64,000 nucleotides of DNA from the NCBI GenBank assembly GCA_964187785.1, contig OZ076409.1, positions 12,030,001 to 12,094,000 of the forward strand, read 5' to 3'. The DNA comes from Amphiscolops sp. MND2022. Taxonomy: Eukaryota. Each line of letters opens with the position of its first letter. Positions within the stretch are counted from its first letter, which is position 1. The position numbers and the translations under genes are program-made. Under the pieces are notes generated by a model. That model was not told where the DNA came from, did not search any database, and saw nothing but the letters and a program-made list of their open reading frames with translations. Below are positions 37,668 through 48,573 of the stretch, piece by piece.

Positions 37668-40600
37668 TTATTGCGAATTGTAATTTCGTTTGAAATTTTC
37701 CTTCAAGTGATTTCTTATGGTTTTTTCAACAAATTTAAAGGGATACTCACTAACGGATTTCTTTCTTGGTAACCTTTCTGCCGCTTTTTCTTCGGTCTTG
37801 GTTTTCGCCATTACCAAATAATTGGAAACGTCTTCGTCTCTGGTACCGTATATCAGAGTCTTCGGTTTCTTTTCTGCTGAAACAGATAATTCGGACCAAT
37901 CAGATAGATATGATTTTCCGTCTTTAATGAGATTGGTCATTTCGGTTTCTGGCTTCCCGCCGTGGTGAAGCTCAAATGGTGTTAATTTCAATTCCGTGTG
38001 TGTTGTAAAGCGAATTATTTTTAACGCTCTATTATTGCATTCGGTCAAGCATAAATTATCTTCCAAATATGATTAAGTTCTTTATTGTTTGTATTGCGGG
38101 TTCAAATGCTTCCCTACCTGTATGTATTTTGGGTGTGCAGTATTCATTCTCAGTGTTTTTTGATCTGCGAAATTCGGTGTATATTCCAGAAAAGAATGCT
38201 CCACCTTTATCCGATTTCACCTTTTTTGGAATTCCGTAAAGATTAAAAATTTGCGTTATAAAGTTTTTGACTTTTTTCCACAGCTTTTACAAATTTTTAC
38301 TGTCGGCCATTTGCTGAATCTAACGACTGCTACTAATTTTTCAATTTCCCCGCTCAGATTTTTGTTGTGTAGTTTACCGGAGAAATCAATTTGGATTTCT
38401 TGTCGCGATTCGCTTAGTGTTTTTATTCGGCGCTTCATGAAGTGAAACGCGACTATAATAGTGACTCTTTTTTATTCTATCCACAGGAACTGACCAAAAT
38501 AGTTCTTAAAAGTTCTACAAAATATTATGGTGTCAAATTGCACCATTTCGCCTAGGGAACTGGACCAAAATGGTTTTGCCTGTTTTTCCGCGTAACATAC
38601 CATACCGGGCGAGACCAAAGAGTCCCCCCTTTCAATTTTTTTCGGCACTGCGAGACATTTTTCTTCGAAATTTTTTTTCGGAATTTTTTTCCTCAAGGGG
38701 TCCCCCTCTATTTTTTGATGTTTTGCGACAGAATGGATGTTGGAAAACCCCAAAGGGTTCCTCCTTTCAGTTTTTTTCGGCATTGTGAGATTTTTTCCGA
38801 AAATAAAAATATTCCCCCCTTCAATTTTTTCATGTTTTGCGACAGAATGGATGTTGAAAAACCTCAAAGGGTCCCCCTTTCAGTTTTTCGGCATTGTGAG
38901 ACTTTAGCGCGCCAGGGGCGCCACTCGGTCCATTTTTTTGTATGTAATTTTTTCAAAAAAAAAATTCGAAAAAGTTTCGACTTTCGGGTACTGTAAAATA
39001 ATACTTGACACTTGGAAGTCTTTCTGCTATTTTTGAGCCTTGGATATGGCGCCGACTTGGGCCGGTCCCGGCTTGTTAGTTTTCCACTTTTGTTTTTCGG
39101 TGTTTGATATTTTAAATTCTTACCGGATGCGAGGCGGGCCACGCATTTGTTCACTTTTTGTCGATTTCTTGTGTGATGTTGGGCCACCAGAGAAACTTAG
39201 CTACCCCCACTTCATTGACAGGTCGTTGAATCGTTGCTTGTAACCTTCGGGTGCCATATCGCGGTCGTTTCGTGTTAATGCTAGTTTTACTCTGTTCAGG
39301 TTGGCATTGGTAGATGATTTTGCTATCATTGTTTTCAAGTCTAGCATCATACATTCCATCTAGGTTTCTTGATTGTGCTTTCCGCGGCTTTCTTTCCTTC
39401 GATTTCTGCTCCGACTATTTGAGTAATTTGTACGTAATGTGCCTCTTTCCTGTCCGTGTTGTAGCTTCGTAAATCAACATTCGGTAAATTATCGCCTCTG
39501 ATAATTTGACTTTCCCCCTTGGTTTCGGGATCTTCTATTTGTTCTTCGGGCTCCGGTTCTGTCCGATTGTGTTGGTTGCTATCGGTTGGTAGCCTCCGCC
39601 CAGTCTGTGTGCCCGGTTGATTAACTCTCCGTCCATCTCTGCGATTTTTTTGTTTTTTTTTGGACTAGACGGGACCCAAATTGTTCTCTGCGCATTCTGG
39701 TCATATCTCTTTTTCACTGTCCCGGGTCTCGCGATTTCTAACCTTCTTTCCACCAACCGAAATGTTTCCGAACTCTTTCTTCTATTTCGAATAATTTCCA
39801 TGATTTCGGCAGATGCGCCTCAATGGAAATAATTTCGGTCCATTTTGTTTTGATGATGCGGTAATGGTATTTCTTGTGTTTGATACTGTTCACGTTTGGA
39901 ATTTTTTGAGTTGTTAATCGGACTGGTTTCTGTTTGTTCTCTTAGTTTGTTCACGCTTCGGTTTTTCCCGGTTGCTCCGTCGTTTTCTGATTGGTTAAAT
40001 AATTTGTTCTCGTGTGTCTTTACTTTGTTCTGTTTGTTTCTGATTCGCTTGCAAAGATGCTGCCGTATTTCAAATTCAATTCGGCTTGTTTTTCGAGAAT
40101 ATTTATCACGTTTTGTTCATCGTATACGTTTTCGGTCATAGCGCCCTCTAACGGATTTCTGCTGAGAAAATTGGTGAATTTCCGGTTGCTTCCGGCAATA
40201 TGTTATATAGTAAAATCGAAGTGTGCTATCCGGCTAAGCCATCTACTTAATCTTGCGCTGTATTGTTTGTTGCATCTATTTCGTTTAATTAGCAGTTCAA
40301 GACTTTGATTATTGGTATATAAATATACCTTCTCTCCGTATAAATAAAATTGGAATTTTTAAAATCCCCAAACAACTGCTTGTAATTCTAGTTCTCAGAT
40401 TGAATAGTTTTTTTCGTTGTCGTTCAGAAATCTACTTAAGAACGCCAATGGTTTTATTTCGCCGTCCGATTGCTTTTGCCACAATGTTATCCCGAGGCCG
40501 GTTTTGCTTGCATCAGTGGCTACCATGTTGTCTTTGTCTTTTGCACAGTGTGCTAATCCCGGCACTTCGTTAAGCAGGTTCTTCATAGCTGTGAAGTCTC

Positions 40601-42861
40601 GCTCTTGTTCCTCTCACCACTTCGACTCAGTGTTTTTTAAAATAATATCGTAGTCTAGTGGGGTTCGTTCCGATGGTCTCGATAGAAATTTTGCTAGATC
40701 TTGTATCGCTCCAATGAATGATTTCAGTTGTTTTTGATTTTCCTGGTGTTTCAATTCCAGATTCACTTTAACTTTTTCATTGTTCGGTTTTATTCCGTTT
40801 TCGTCGATTTCGTGTCCCAGCCACTTCATTTTAGGCTGGAAGAATTCAGATTCTTTCTCGCTTGCTCGGTACCCGGCTTTTGAATTTTTTCTCAGCACGT
40901 CGAAGTTTCTTTTCGTGTCCTTCTTTATTTCCTCGCGTTACCACTATTATTTCATACAGACAGGTCGGTGTATAATATTCCAATGCTCGGTGAATTTTTT
41001 CTTGGAATTTCGTGGGGATGTCGGCCAACCCGTATGATCCCTTTTTGAATTGGTAGTGTCCGCTAAAATTCCCTCTGGATATGGCATATACGCATTGTCG
41101 GCTTGTTTCTTCTGATAACCTCATTTGGCCGTATGCGTAATCCAGATCTATTTTCGATATCATGAGTTCTTTTGTTCGGTCATTAGTTCTTTTTACCGAT
41201 TTTTTTTCAGAAGTTTCTCTATATTTGGCATGTGCGGTCGAATTTTAATACAACTGTCGTTCAGTTTACTTGAGTCTAAATCTATTTTCTACCGATTTAT
41301 CATTCTTCACTGTTATTACTACCGGTAAAACAAAACAATCGTGATCTACTTTTTTGTGTCTCTCCAGATTTCCTGATTTTGTCAGTTTCTATAATTTATT
41401 TCAGACTGCTTCCTGGAGGTGTAGTGGTATTGGTCTTGCTTTTTGTTATACCGGATAGTGTCCCGGTTTCAGTTGTATGTTAATTTCGGCAGTGTTCTTG
41501 AATAAGTCCTGGAAATTACTGATTACTCTCCTCTTTTCTGATTGGCTGTTCCGGTCCGTTCGGATGTTTCGAATTGTTAACTTGAATTTCTTTAGCCAGT
41601 CAATTCCGAGTGGTGGCGTTATGTCATTTCTTTCAGTAATTAGTAATTGCAATTTTTGTTTTTTGTTTTTTTTGTTCTACCGGTACTTCTCCCCGGAATT
41701 TTACTTCGTTCTTGTTCACGCCTTGATATCGCTGTTTTATTTTTTGTATTTCGGTTTCTTTCATTATTTCTTTGTCCGCCGGCATTATTGAGATTGGTGA
41801 TCCGGTATCTATTATGAATTCTTTTTCTATTCCGTTCATTCTCACGGTCGTTGTCAGTTTTTTGTTTTTGTCTACTATTCTGTTGATTCTTCCACTTGTG
41901 TAGATGCTGGATTCTGATTCGTCGGTTTCTTCTCCAATCACTGTGCTCTCATTCTCGTGTAAATTCTGTATCTTCCGTCTGGTTTCGTTTACTGATCTTC
42001 AGGCTCTCGCGAAGTGGCCCTTTCTCCCACAATTATTGCATGTTTGTGCTAGTGCGGGACATTTGTGTATTGGGTTTCAGTTCGGTGCATTGAAGAATTT
42101 ACACGGTCTACTGTTATCGAATTTATTGTTCGGTTTTGTCGCAAATTTATCCTTTTTGGATCGGTTCTTCTTTTATCTCTTTTTTTTTAGTTGGATATCG
42201 GTGCTTCCGGTATTGTGTGTTTGTTGTTGTTCTTTCGTAAGTGTTTTGTTTCATCATTTTGATCGTTTTTTTTCATTCCGTTTTTTTTCTCTTTCAATAA
42301 TTTTTCTCGGAGTTGTTGTCCCTTAATTGCCGTCATTAGTTTTGGGATGAGTAGTTCATCGGCTGTTATAGTTTCGAAGTTGCGCTCTTTTTCAATTTCT
42401 ATCAGTCTTCGCCCGCAGTCCTTCGGGGTTTCTGTTTAGATCTGCTTTGTCCAGAAGAATTCACCTCGGTTGTGGTACACTTTTTTCGTTCAGAAGTATT
42501 CGTTGAATAGTCGTATCAAGTCTTTGATCGATATTTTGTCCGGTTCAGTTTTGTATTTTGCCCGTGTCATATGATACAATGCTTCTGGGCCAATGCCCCA
42601 GATGAAGACTTCTTGTAATTCTGTTTGCTTTTCCAGCCAACCGGTTTGTGTCATTTCGGCTCCCCGTATCAATTCTGGTATGTCTATTTTGTATTTTCTC
42701 TTCGTGTATCGCCGAATTCTTTCAAGCCATTGTTTCAGTGTATATGTCTTCTTTCCTTCGGTGATTGCTTCGAAGTAGGTACTTCGATTTTTGCTTCTAT
42801 CATCTTCTTGGTTTCGGTAAAATAATGTTACTAGATAAAAATGAATTGCTGACTGCGCCAT
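37668..42861 (-). pseudogene. Frameshifted Gypsy gag-pol
   Basis: CPALAQTCNNCGRKGHFARA* knuckle (~42000-42061), IIDTGS protease (~41800), SKIDLDYAYGQ RT (~41150), ATDASKTGLG RNase H (~40510), IQIDFSG and LTPFELHHG integrase. Many stops and frameshifts. Confidence 0.9.
38420..39077 (+). mobile_element. HINE family 1 copy inserted into the Gypsy integrase
   Basis: Both termini present. Removing the element and leaving TTTTT restores the host reading KSGKLKTLSES, so the insertion is in a T-run without a distinct TSD. Confidence 0.85.
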
Positions 42862-44171
42862 GTTCTATTCTGAAGATTCGATAAAAATATGAGGTATCTG
42901 TAAAGTCTTCGATTTGGTACCAACTGAATTCAATGCAAAAATAAATACCAATGATTCTCTATCAAACTAATCTAATGTACATATTGTAATAATGTATATA
43001 AATATGTACCAACATAAATAGAATCATTATTGCACATTAGGAACTCAGATTGATTGACAGTTTGACAGCCTATGAACCGCATAATTCGGTATCGGTATTA
43101 CACCGTAAATCACCCTATAGTTTAAAGTTCCCTCTAAACAGGTGGTGCCCCTGAGAAAGGCTTACTTCAACACACGCTGAAAAGTGATACCATGCCGAAA
43201 TTAATTGACCCAATCTCTTGAACATAGACGCTTCCTACTTATCTGATTTGTTTTCCCTGTCTTTGCTAGAAAAATGCTAGAAGGCATTTGATGTTGTTTC
43301 ACGCGTGTTCACTCTCTTCCTTGAAGCGGAAAATTTCAGTACATGGAATACGCTACAACATCATAAAGGATGTTTTATACGGTGTTCATTGCGCCTATGA
43401 TACAAAGCGATCCCTCGGAGTAACACAAGACTCTATTTCAATGGTGGTTCTTGTTAAAAGTATACTTCAAAATGGGCTCTGTGTGAATCAAACACCGAAG
43501 CAGTACAATGCAAAGCGTGAATTACATACAATACAATGAATCAAGATAACACTCAGAGATAAATTTGTAGAGTGTAGTTTTTATGAAAAACGGGATGATG
43601 TTCATTTTACAAGAGGATTTTGAAAATTGTGATTTGTTGTCACTGAAATGTTTTTTTTACGATTAATAGCATTACTTCGTAGTCAGACTGGGGGCCACAG
43701 TTTTTGTAATATAGCTTTTTTGCTTCACTCTTAAAATTAATTCGTTTCATTAAACGCCTCAATAAACACTTGCAATGAGGTTGAACTTCCTAGGTGGAAT
43801 ATCGTGGGTTCGAATCTGACCCCAGACACTTTTCTTCTCTTCAAATTGAACCTAACTAACAGACCTTCTAATTTCCCTTTCATAATGTTGTTAATTACAT
43901 GTAGATATAGCAGACAGAGTTCAAATACAGTGCAGTTTTCCACTTTTAAAACATTTTGCCTTGCAGAAGATCGGAGCCTAAATGTGATTGAACCAGTGGT
44001 TCGACTGCTAAGCGTAATCCAGCCATCGCTACAGCTAATAATCAGGAGCGGTAACTTTTATTTTTATACAAATAAAGGCTTTTCAATCGATAAACAGCTG
44101 ATTGCTTCATCAGTAAGTTTCTTAAATCTCAAAATTTTGATTTTGGAATATGTGTTTTCAAAACCATGAAA

Positions 44172-44386
44172 GGATCTTTTCTGTTAATTCACCCCCCCAC
44201 CAATTTAATTCCCCCCCAGTTAAGCGGTCAAGTGAAATTACCACTGAATTAATAGTAACAACCAATCAAAATGCAGTATTTTATAACTCTAACTGCAACT
44301 GAAACTCATCGCTGATAGTGGTGGGGAATTAAAATTTATGCGCTTACTGTGGGGGGGGGGGGGGGGGGAATTAACAGAAAAGATCC
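44172..44386. mobile_element. Merlin-like (or other 8-bp-TSD) MITE
   Basis: 19-bp perfect TIR GGATCTTTTCTGTTAATTC; exact 8-bp TSD CCATGAAA at 44164-44171 and 44387-44394. Confidence 0.85.
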
Positions 44387-45012
44387 CCATGAAACGTTCG
44401 AAAGTGTACAAAAATTGTTCGAAAATATGATTTGGGAAGCATGATTCCATTCTTTTCAACAAACAAGATCAAGTTTTTCTGTTGAAATGCATTGTGGTTA
44501 GCTTGCGTCAATTTGGAACTCTGCATTTTCTAACTCTTGAAAATCTTCAAAAACGGAACAAACATGTGACATAAATATCAAAAAATAGACAGCTTTGTTT
44601 TTTGGTATAATTTTTGTTACTTTAAGGCTTTTTCATCCATCAACTCCAAATTGCAAGTCTGAGAAAAACAAAAACAAGATGGCCCAGAAAAAGCACAAAG
44701 TGTTAGAAAGTTGAGTTTTTGGCTTGGGCATTTTGTAACTTACAAAAGTGTTAACGAACAGTACAAACAAAAGTAGTTACTAATTTGCCAGTTTTTGGAA
44801 ACTACTACCAGATTATCTGTTTTGTTTGTTCATATTGAAACTTTTCAGTTTACGAACTTAACGTTTTTCCAAAAGATTATGGTAGATAGATCGTCACTCT
44901 GTGTGTGATTTCCGAACTCTGTGTATTGTAATACACCCCGGATCGTTTGCCCGAAAATTGGAAAAATTGCATCGAAGAGTCAATGTGAAACTGGGGTCCC
45001 CTAAATCAACAA

Positions 45013-45552
45013 GGTTGGGCCACAATTCGTCTCAAGTGACAATTCGTCGCAAATTCCAAAAAGCGACAATTCGTCCCAAGCGGCAATTCGTCCCAAGCGG
45101 CAATTCGTCCCAAGCGGCACTTCGTCCCAAGCGGCAATTCGTCCCAAGCGGCACTTCGTCCCAAGCGGCAATTCGTCCCATTTTGAAAAGACGACAATTC
45201 GTCCCATTTGTAAAAAGCGACAATTCGTCCCAAATTGTTTAATTGATCAGCTAATTAACAACCTTTTGAAGATTGATATCAAATAATTCAACAAATAAAC
45301 TACAAGTGATTACATTTAAGCATTAAGTTACAATACATTTAAGACCTATTCATTGGTGTTAATTGTTGATACCTGCCTCTAATTGCAATATTTCCGGATA
45401 TATTATTACAAAAGTATTGATTGGCAATTACATTGGGGACGAATTGCAGCTTATAATAATTGGGACGAACTGTCGCTTTTTCAAAATGGGACGAATTGAC
45501 ACTTGGGACGAATTGTCCCTTTTTGGAATTTGGGACGAATTGTCGCTTTACG
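45013..45552. mobile_element. Foldback/MULE-like non-autonomous element
   Basis: Exact 9-bp TSD AATCAACAA at 45004-45012 and 45553-45561. Left arm of 17-bp CAATTCGTCCCAAGCGG repeats; inverted GGGACGAATTG repeats on the right. Confidence 0.8.
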
Positions 45553-45622
45553 AATCAACAAATGTTTAATTGTTAAATTCTATATTCAAAAAAGAAGTGA
45601 AACGCGACTATTATAGTGACTC

Positions 45623-45982
45623 TTTTTAGTCGGCGCTTTATCCTTTTAAGGAAAAATGCCCGACTATAGCAGTGACTGTTTTGTTTTCTTCAGACTACAA
45701 TCCTCACACTGATCGGTCCACTTTTTAGAAACAATCCTGAAACCACCTAAGGCCAAGTCCCGCCAAGGCAAACTTAGTCCAAAGTGTCCCCCCTTTCATT
45801 TTTTACTTTTTCAAGGTAACCTACAAAGCCGGACGTGCCTAAAGGGTCCCCCTTTGGATTTTTTTCGGCACTGCGGCATTTTTCAAAAAAAATTCAAAAA
45901 TTTCAAGTGTTTTTCCAAAAAAAAGGTTTTGCGGTTTTTGAGCCCTAGATATAGCGCCGACTTCAGACGTTTTCGTCTTGTT
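45623..45982 (+). mobile_element. HINE family 1 copy, preceded by an orphan 5' end of a related subfamily (about 45593-45622)
   Basis: ...GAAACGCGACTATTATAGTGACTC|TTTTTAGTCGGCGCT ... AGCGCCGACTTCAGACGTTTTCGTCTTGTT. Confidence 0.75.
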
Positions 45983-46731
45983 GCTGACGATTCGACTACA
46001 TAATGTCCAGGCGCGGAAATAGAACACGGAGTAAAATAGCGTGAAATTCCATGTAATTAGTCCAATCAAGTCACGTGATGTAGCATGAAATTACCGCGCA
46101 ATAAGTAAAATTGCGTGTGAAATAACACAATTACCGCCATCGTATACTCTTTTTTTGTTTAATAACAATGATTTATTAAGTAATTTATTTCTTCCCTCGT
46201 CTTCTCCGTCGGTAGAGCGAACATCCTCGTATTTCAAAAAATTACTGAGCGAAGAAACGGAAAATATGGATGAAAGTACCATAAAACACCTTTTGTTACT
46301 TTGTCGATGCAAAATTTTTTTTTCGCGTGAAAAAGCGTGCTTTTTCATATATTTTGCGTGATTGTTCCGTGTAATTTGTTTAAATCTAACGTGAAATTTC
46401 CCGTGATTTTTCAGTTGTCATGTCCGTGTAATATTACCGCCTCTGGTTATGGCTTATGCAATTTTGATTTAGTGTTCATTGGTTGATCGCGCTAGTTCGG
46501 TCGGAATGAGTTAGACTCTGTTGTTGAAAACTGTTGTTTTCAACCATTCCTAACGCCAGGTTTATGGCTCTGTTCAATTTTGACTGTTTTTGCCTATGTG
46601 GGATGTATGAAAAAAGGATATTTTTGAATTTTAAAATGTAAATTACAAACTACAAAGTAAAAACTACATAAAATTACCAATAAATTTATTGCTATTCAAA
46701 TCAGTCAATATATCAAGTTTAGTTCACAATC

Positions 46732-47328
46732 TCATGCACTTTTCTGTTGTTTTGCGTCGTCCTCTTTAAGCTTCTTTTTCATCTCGATTGGGATCTCTCG
46801 GATGCTTCTTTTCTCCTCAGCCACTTCTTTCTCCCCGTGAACAACCATTCGACCCTGGTCATCCATCTTGACCTTTACAGTATCCAGTTTGACCTCATCT
46901 GGAATTGTGAACACTCTCTGGAAAGATCTGGATTCTTTTTGTTTCCCGTCTTCGCTCTCAGTGTTTTGGGTTCCCCTGATTGACAGGCAACGGTCATCAA
47001 GCTCCACCTTCAAATTTTCGGGGCTGTAGTCAGAAGTGCCCAAAGAGAAACCCCAGGATTTCGGGTCTTCCGATTTCAGCGGCTGTAAACAGGCTTCGTT
47101 GAACGAATGACGATTAAGAATTCCATTGGTATCGACATAAGGAAATCCTTGGAAAAGTTCGTTTTCCAATCGCTCGAAGTCGTGTAGGGCCAAGCGAAGT
47201 ATAGTGTCGGCGTTATCTTGTGAACGAAGATGTTGACGAGGAACTGGTCTGAGAGAGAAAACGTGAGCCTCGGGTCTTCGTCTTGCTGACAAGGGATGGT
47301 CGAATAAATCTCCGTATAAGCTCAACAT
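46732..47328 (-). CDS. Small heat shock protein (Hsp20/alpha-crystallin domain), intronless, 198 aa
   Basis: True ATG. Alpha-crystallin motifs DYSPENLKVELDDRCLSIRG...SRSFQRVFTIPDEV...DDQGRMVV. C-terminal I-P-I motif (REIPIE). AATAAA on the minus strand at 46685-46690. Confidence 0.93.
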   Translation of the reverse strand: MLSLYGDLFDHPLSARRRPEAHVFSLRPVPRQHLRSQDNADTILRLALHDFERLENELFQGFPYVDTNGILNRHSFNEACLQPLKSEDPKSWGFSLGTSDYSPENLKVELDDRCLSIRGTQNTESEDGKQKESRSFQRVFTIPDEVKLDTVKVKMDDQGRMVVHGEKEVAEEKRSIREIPIEMKKKLKEDDAKQQKSA

Positions 47329-47563
47329 CGTCAGCTAATGTAATGATGTGCTCGAATGTGAATAATCAAAAGCAAAATTTCCACAGATTTCGATCAATCC
47401 AAATCGGCGAGGGTGTAAGTTATTGGAATGAAGTTTCGATTCTTATTGAAGTGAAAGTGTATGGTCTAATCCAATCTTTTTGCAGAGAAATTCGCGAAAT
47501 GTTTGATTTTAGGAGCGGTGTTAGAGTTCCGGAAATGAATGACTGAAATCTGGTAAAGGTAGC

Positions 47564-47826
47564 TTTTATATATTCCGATACATTGTTCTAGAATTTTCAT
47601 GAAGGTAGATTTTTCTAGAATGTTCCTTAATTACGTCAACGACTAACTAATTCAAGAAGTCGGACTGTCGTTATCAAATCAAATAGGCTGACGTCATTGA
47701 ATTCATGCATTTGATTGGTTAGTTTATTTTACGTAATATTACGTAATGACTGTGCGTCGTCATTCTATTGGTGCTGAATTCTGGAATAATCAGAAATGTT
47801 CTAGAACATTCTCAGCTCGTATAAAA
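47564..47826. promoter_or_regulatory. Bidirectional heat-shock promoter: TATA(-), HSEs, bZIP/CCAAT core, HSEs, TATA(+)
   Basis: TATATAAAA on the minus strand at 47564-47572. nGAAn arrays at 47585-47604, 47611-47626 and 47776-47812. TGACGTCA at 47689-47696. TTACGTAATATTACGTAA at 47729-47746. Two ATTGG. TATAAAA on the plus strand at 47820-47826. Confidence 0.88.
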
Positions 47827-48006
47827 AGCGTTCAAAATTTGAAACTTTCGCTTAATTTATTTCGAGAAGCAAGCACATTTCGATATTCAAACTTCTTCAA
47901 AACTTCAACTTGAGCTATAAACGCTTCATCTGTGCATCAACTCAACTTCAAATTTAACTTATCGCCAGTCTGACATTCTTTTTGATCAAGTCAATAATAA
48001 CCGCCA

Positions 48007-48174
48007 ATGGCAAAAGCGATTGGAATTGATTTGGGAACTACTTACTCCTGCGTCGGAGTTTTCCAACATGGAAAAGTGGAGATCATTGCCAATGACATGG
48101 GAAACAGAACAACCCCCTCTTACGTGGCATTCACCGACTCAGAGAGACTGATTGGAGATGCTGCAAAAAATCAG
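48007..48174 (+). CDS. HSP70: Cytosolic HSP70, coding exon 1
   Basis: [56 protein letters not shown]|gtaagt. This exon is absent from the ORF track. Confidence 0.96.
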
Positions 48175-48573
48175 GTAAGTTGAAAATATTCGGTTTCAAT
48201 TCTTACAAAGATATCTGCTCTAAGGTAATAAAAATAACTGGCAAATGAAATTTAAACGGAGGCCAACATTTGAATACGTTGTAATGGATTCATTTTGTGA
48301 CAATTGTATCGATTTTTTAAGGAAAGCATAAAGCAAAAGAAAGATTGTTTCATGGGATATTCTGAGTTTCATCAATTGACAAAACTCAGAATATCTAGTA
48401 AAACAATATATACTTTTTGCTTTCAAAGCAATTTTTTAAAGCAACACAGAACTACGAAGAATGTCCAATTTTGTAATGAGTAATTTCGCAGCCGAAGTTA
48501 ATTTAACAAATATTTTTGTGATATATCTCATATAAAGATCTCAAATATCTAAAGATTTAATTTTTCTATTTAG

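Larger units (their letters stand above)
36760..43112 (-). mobile_element. Full-length, decayed Ty3/Gypsy LTR retrotransposon
   Basis: Direct LTRs at 36760-37006 and 42861-43112. PBS TGGCGCAGTC (minus strand, 42851-42860). PPT GGCGGAAGGGAA next to the left LTR. 5-bp TSD CCCTG/CCCTA with one mismatch. Domain order is gag-CCHC, protease, RT, RNase H, integrase. Confidence 0.93.

Noticed and set aside
45040..45235. CRISPR-like array, or repeat-protein ORFs 44901-45242 and 45001-45233
   Set aside because: Contiguous 17-bp tandem units with no unique spacers and no cas genes; part of a TSD-flanked foldback element.
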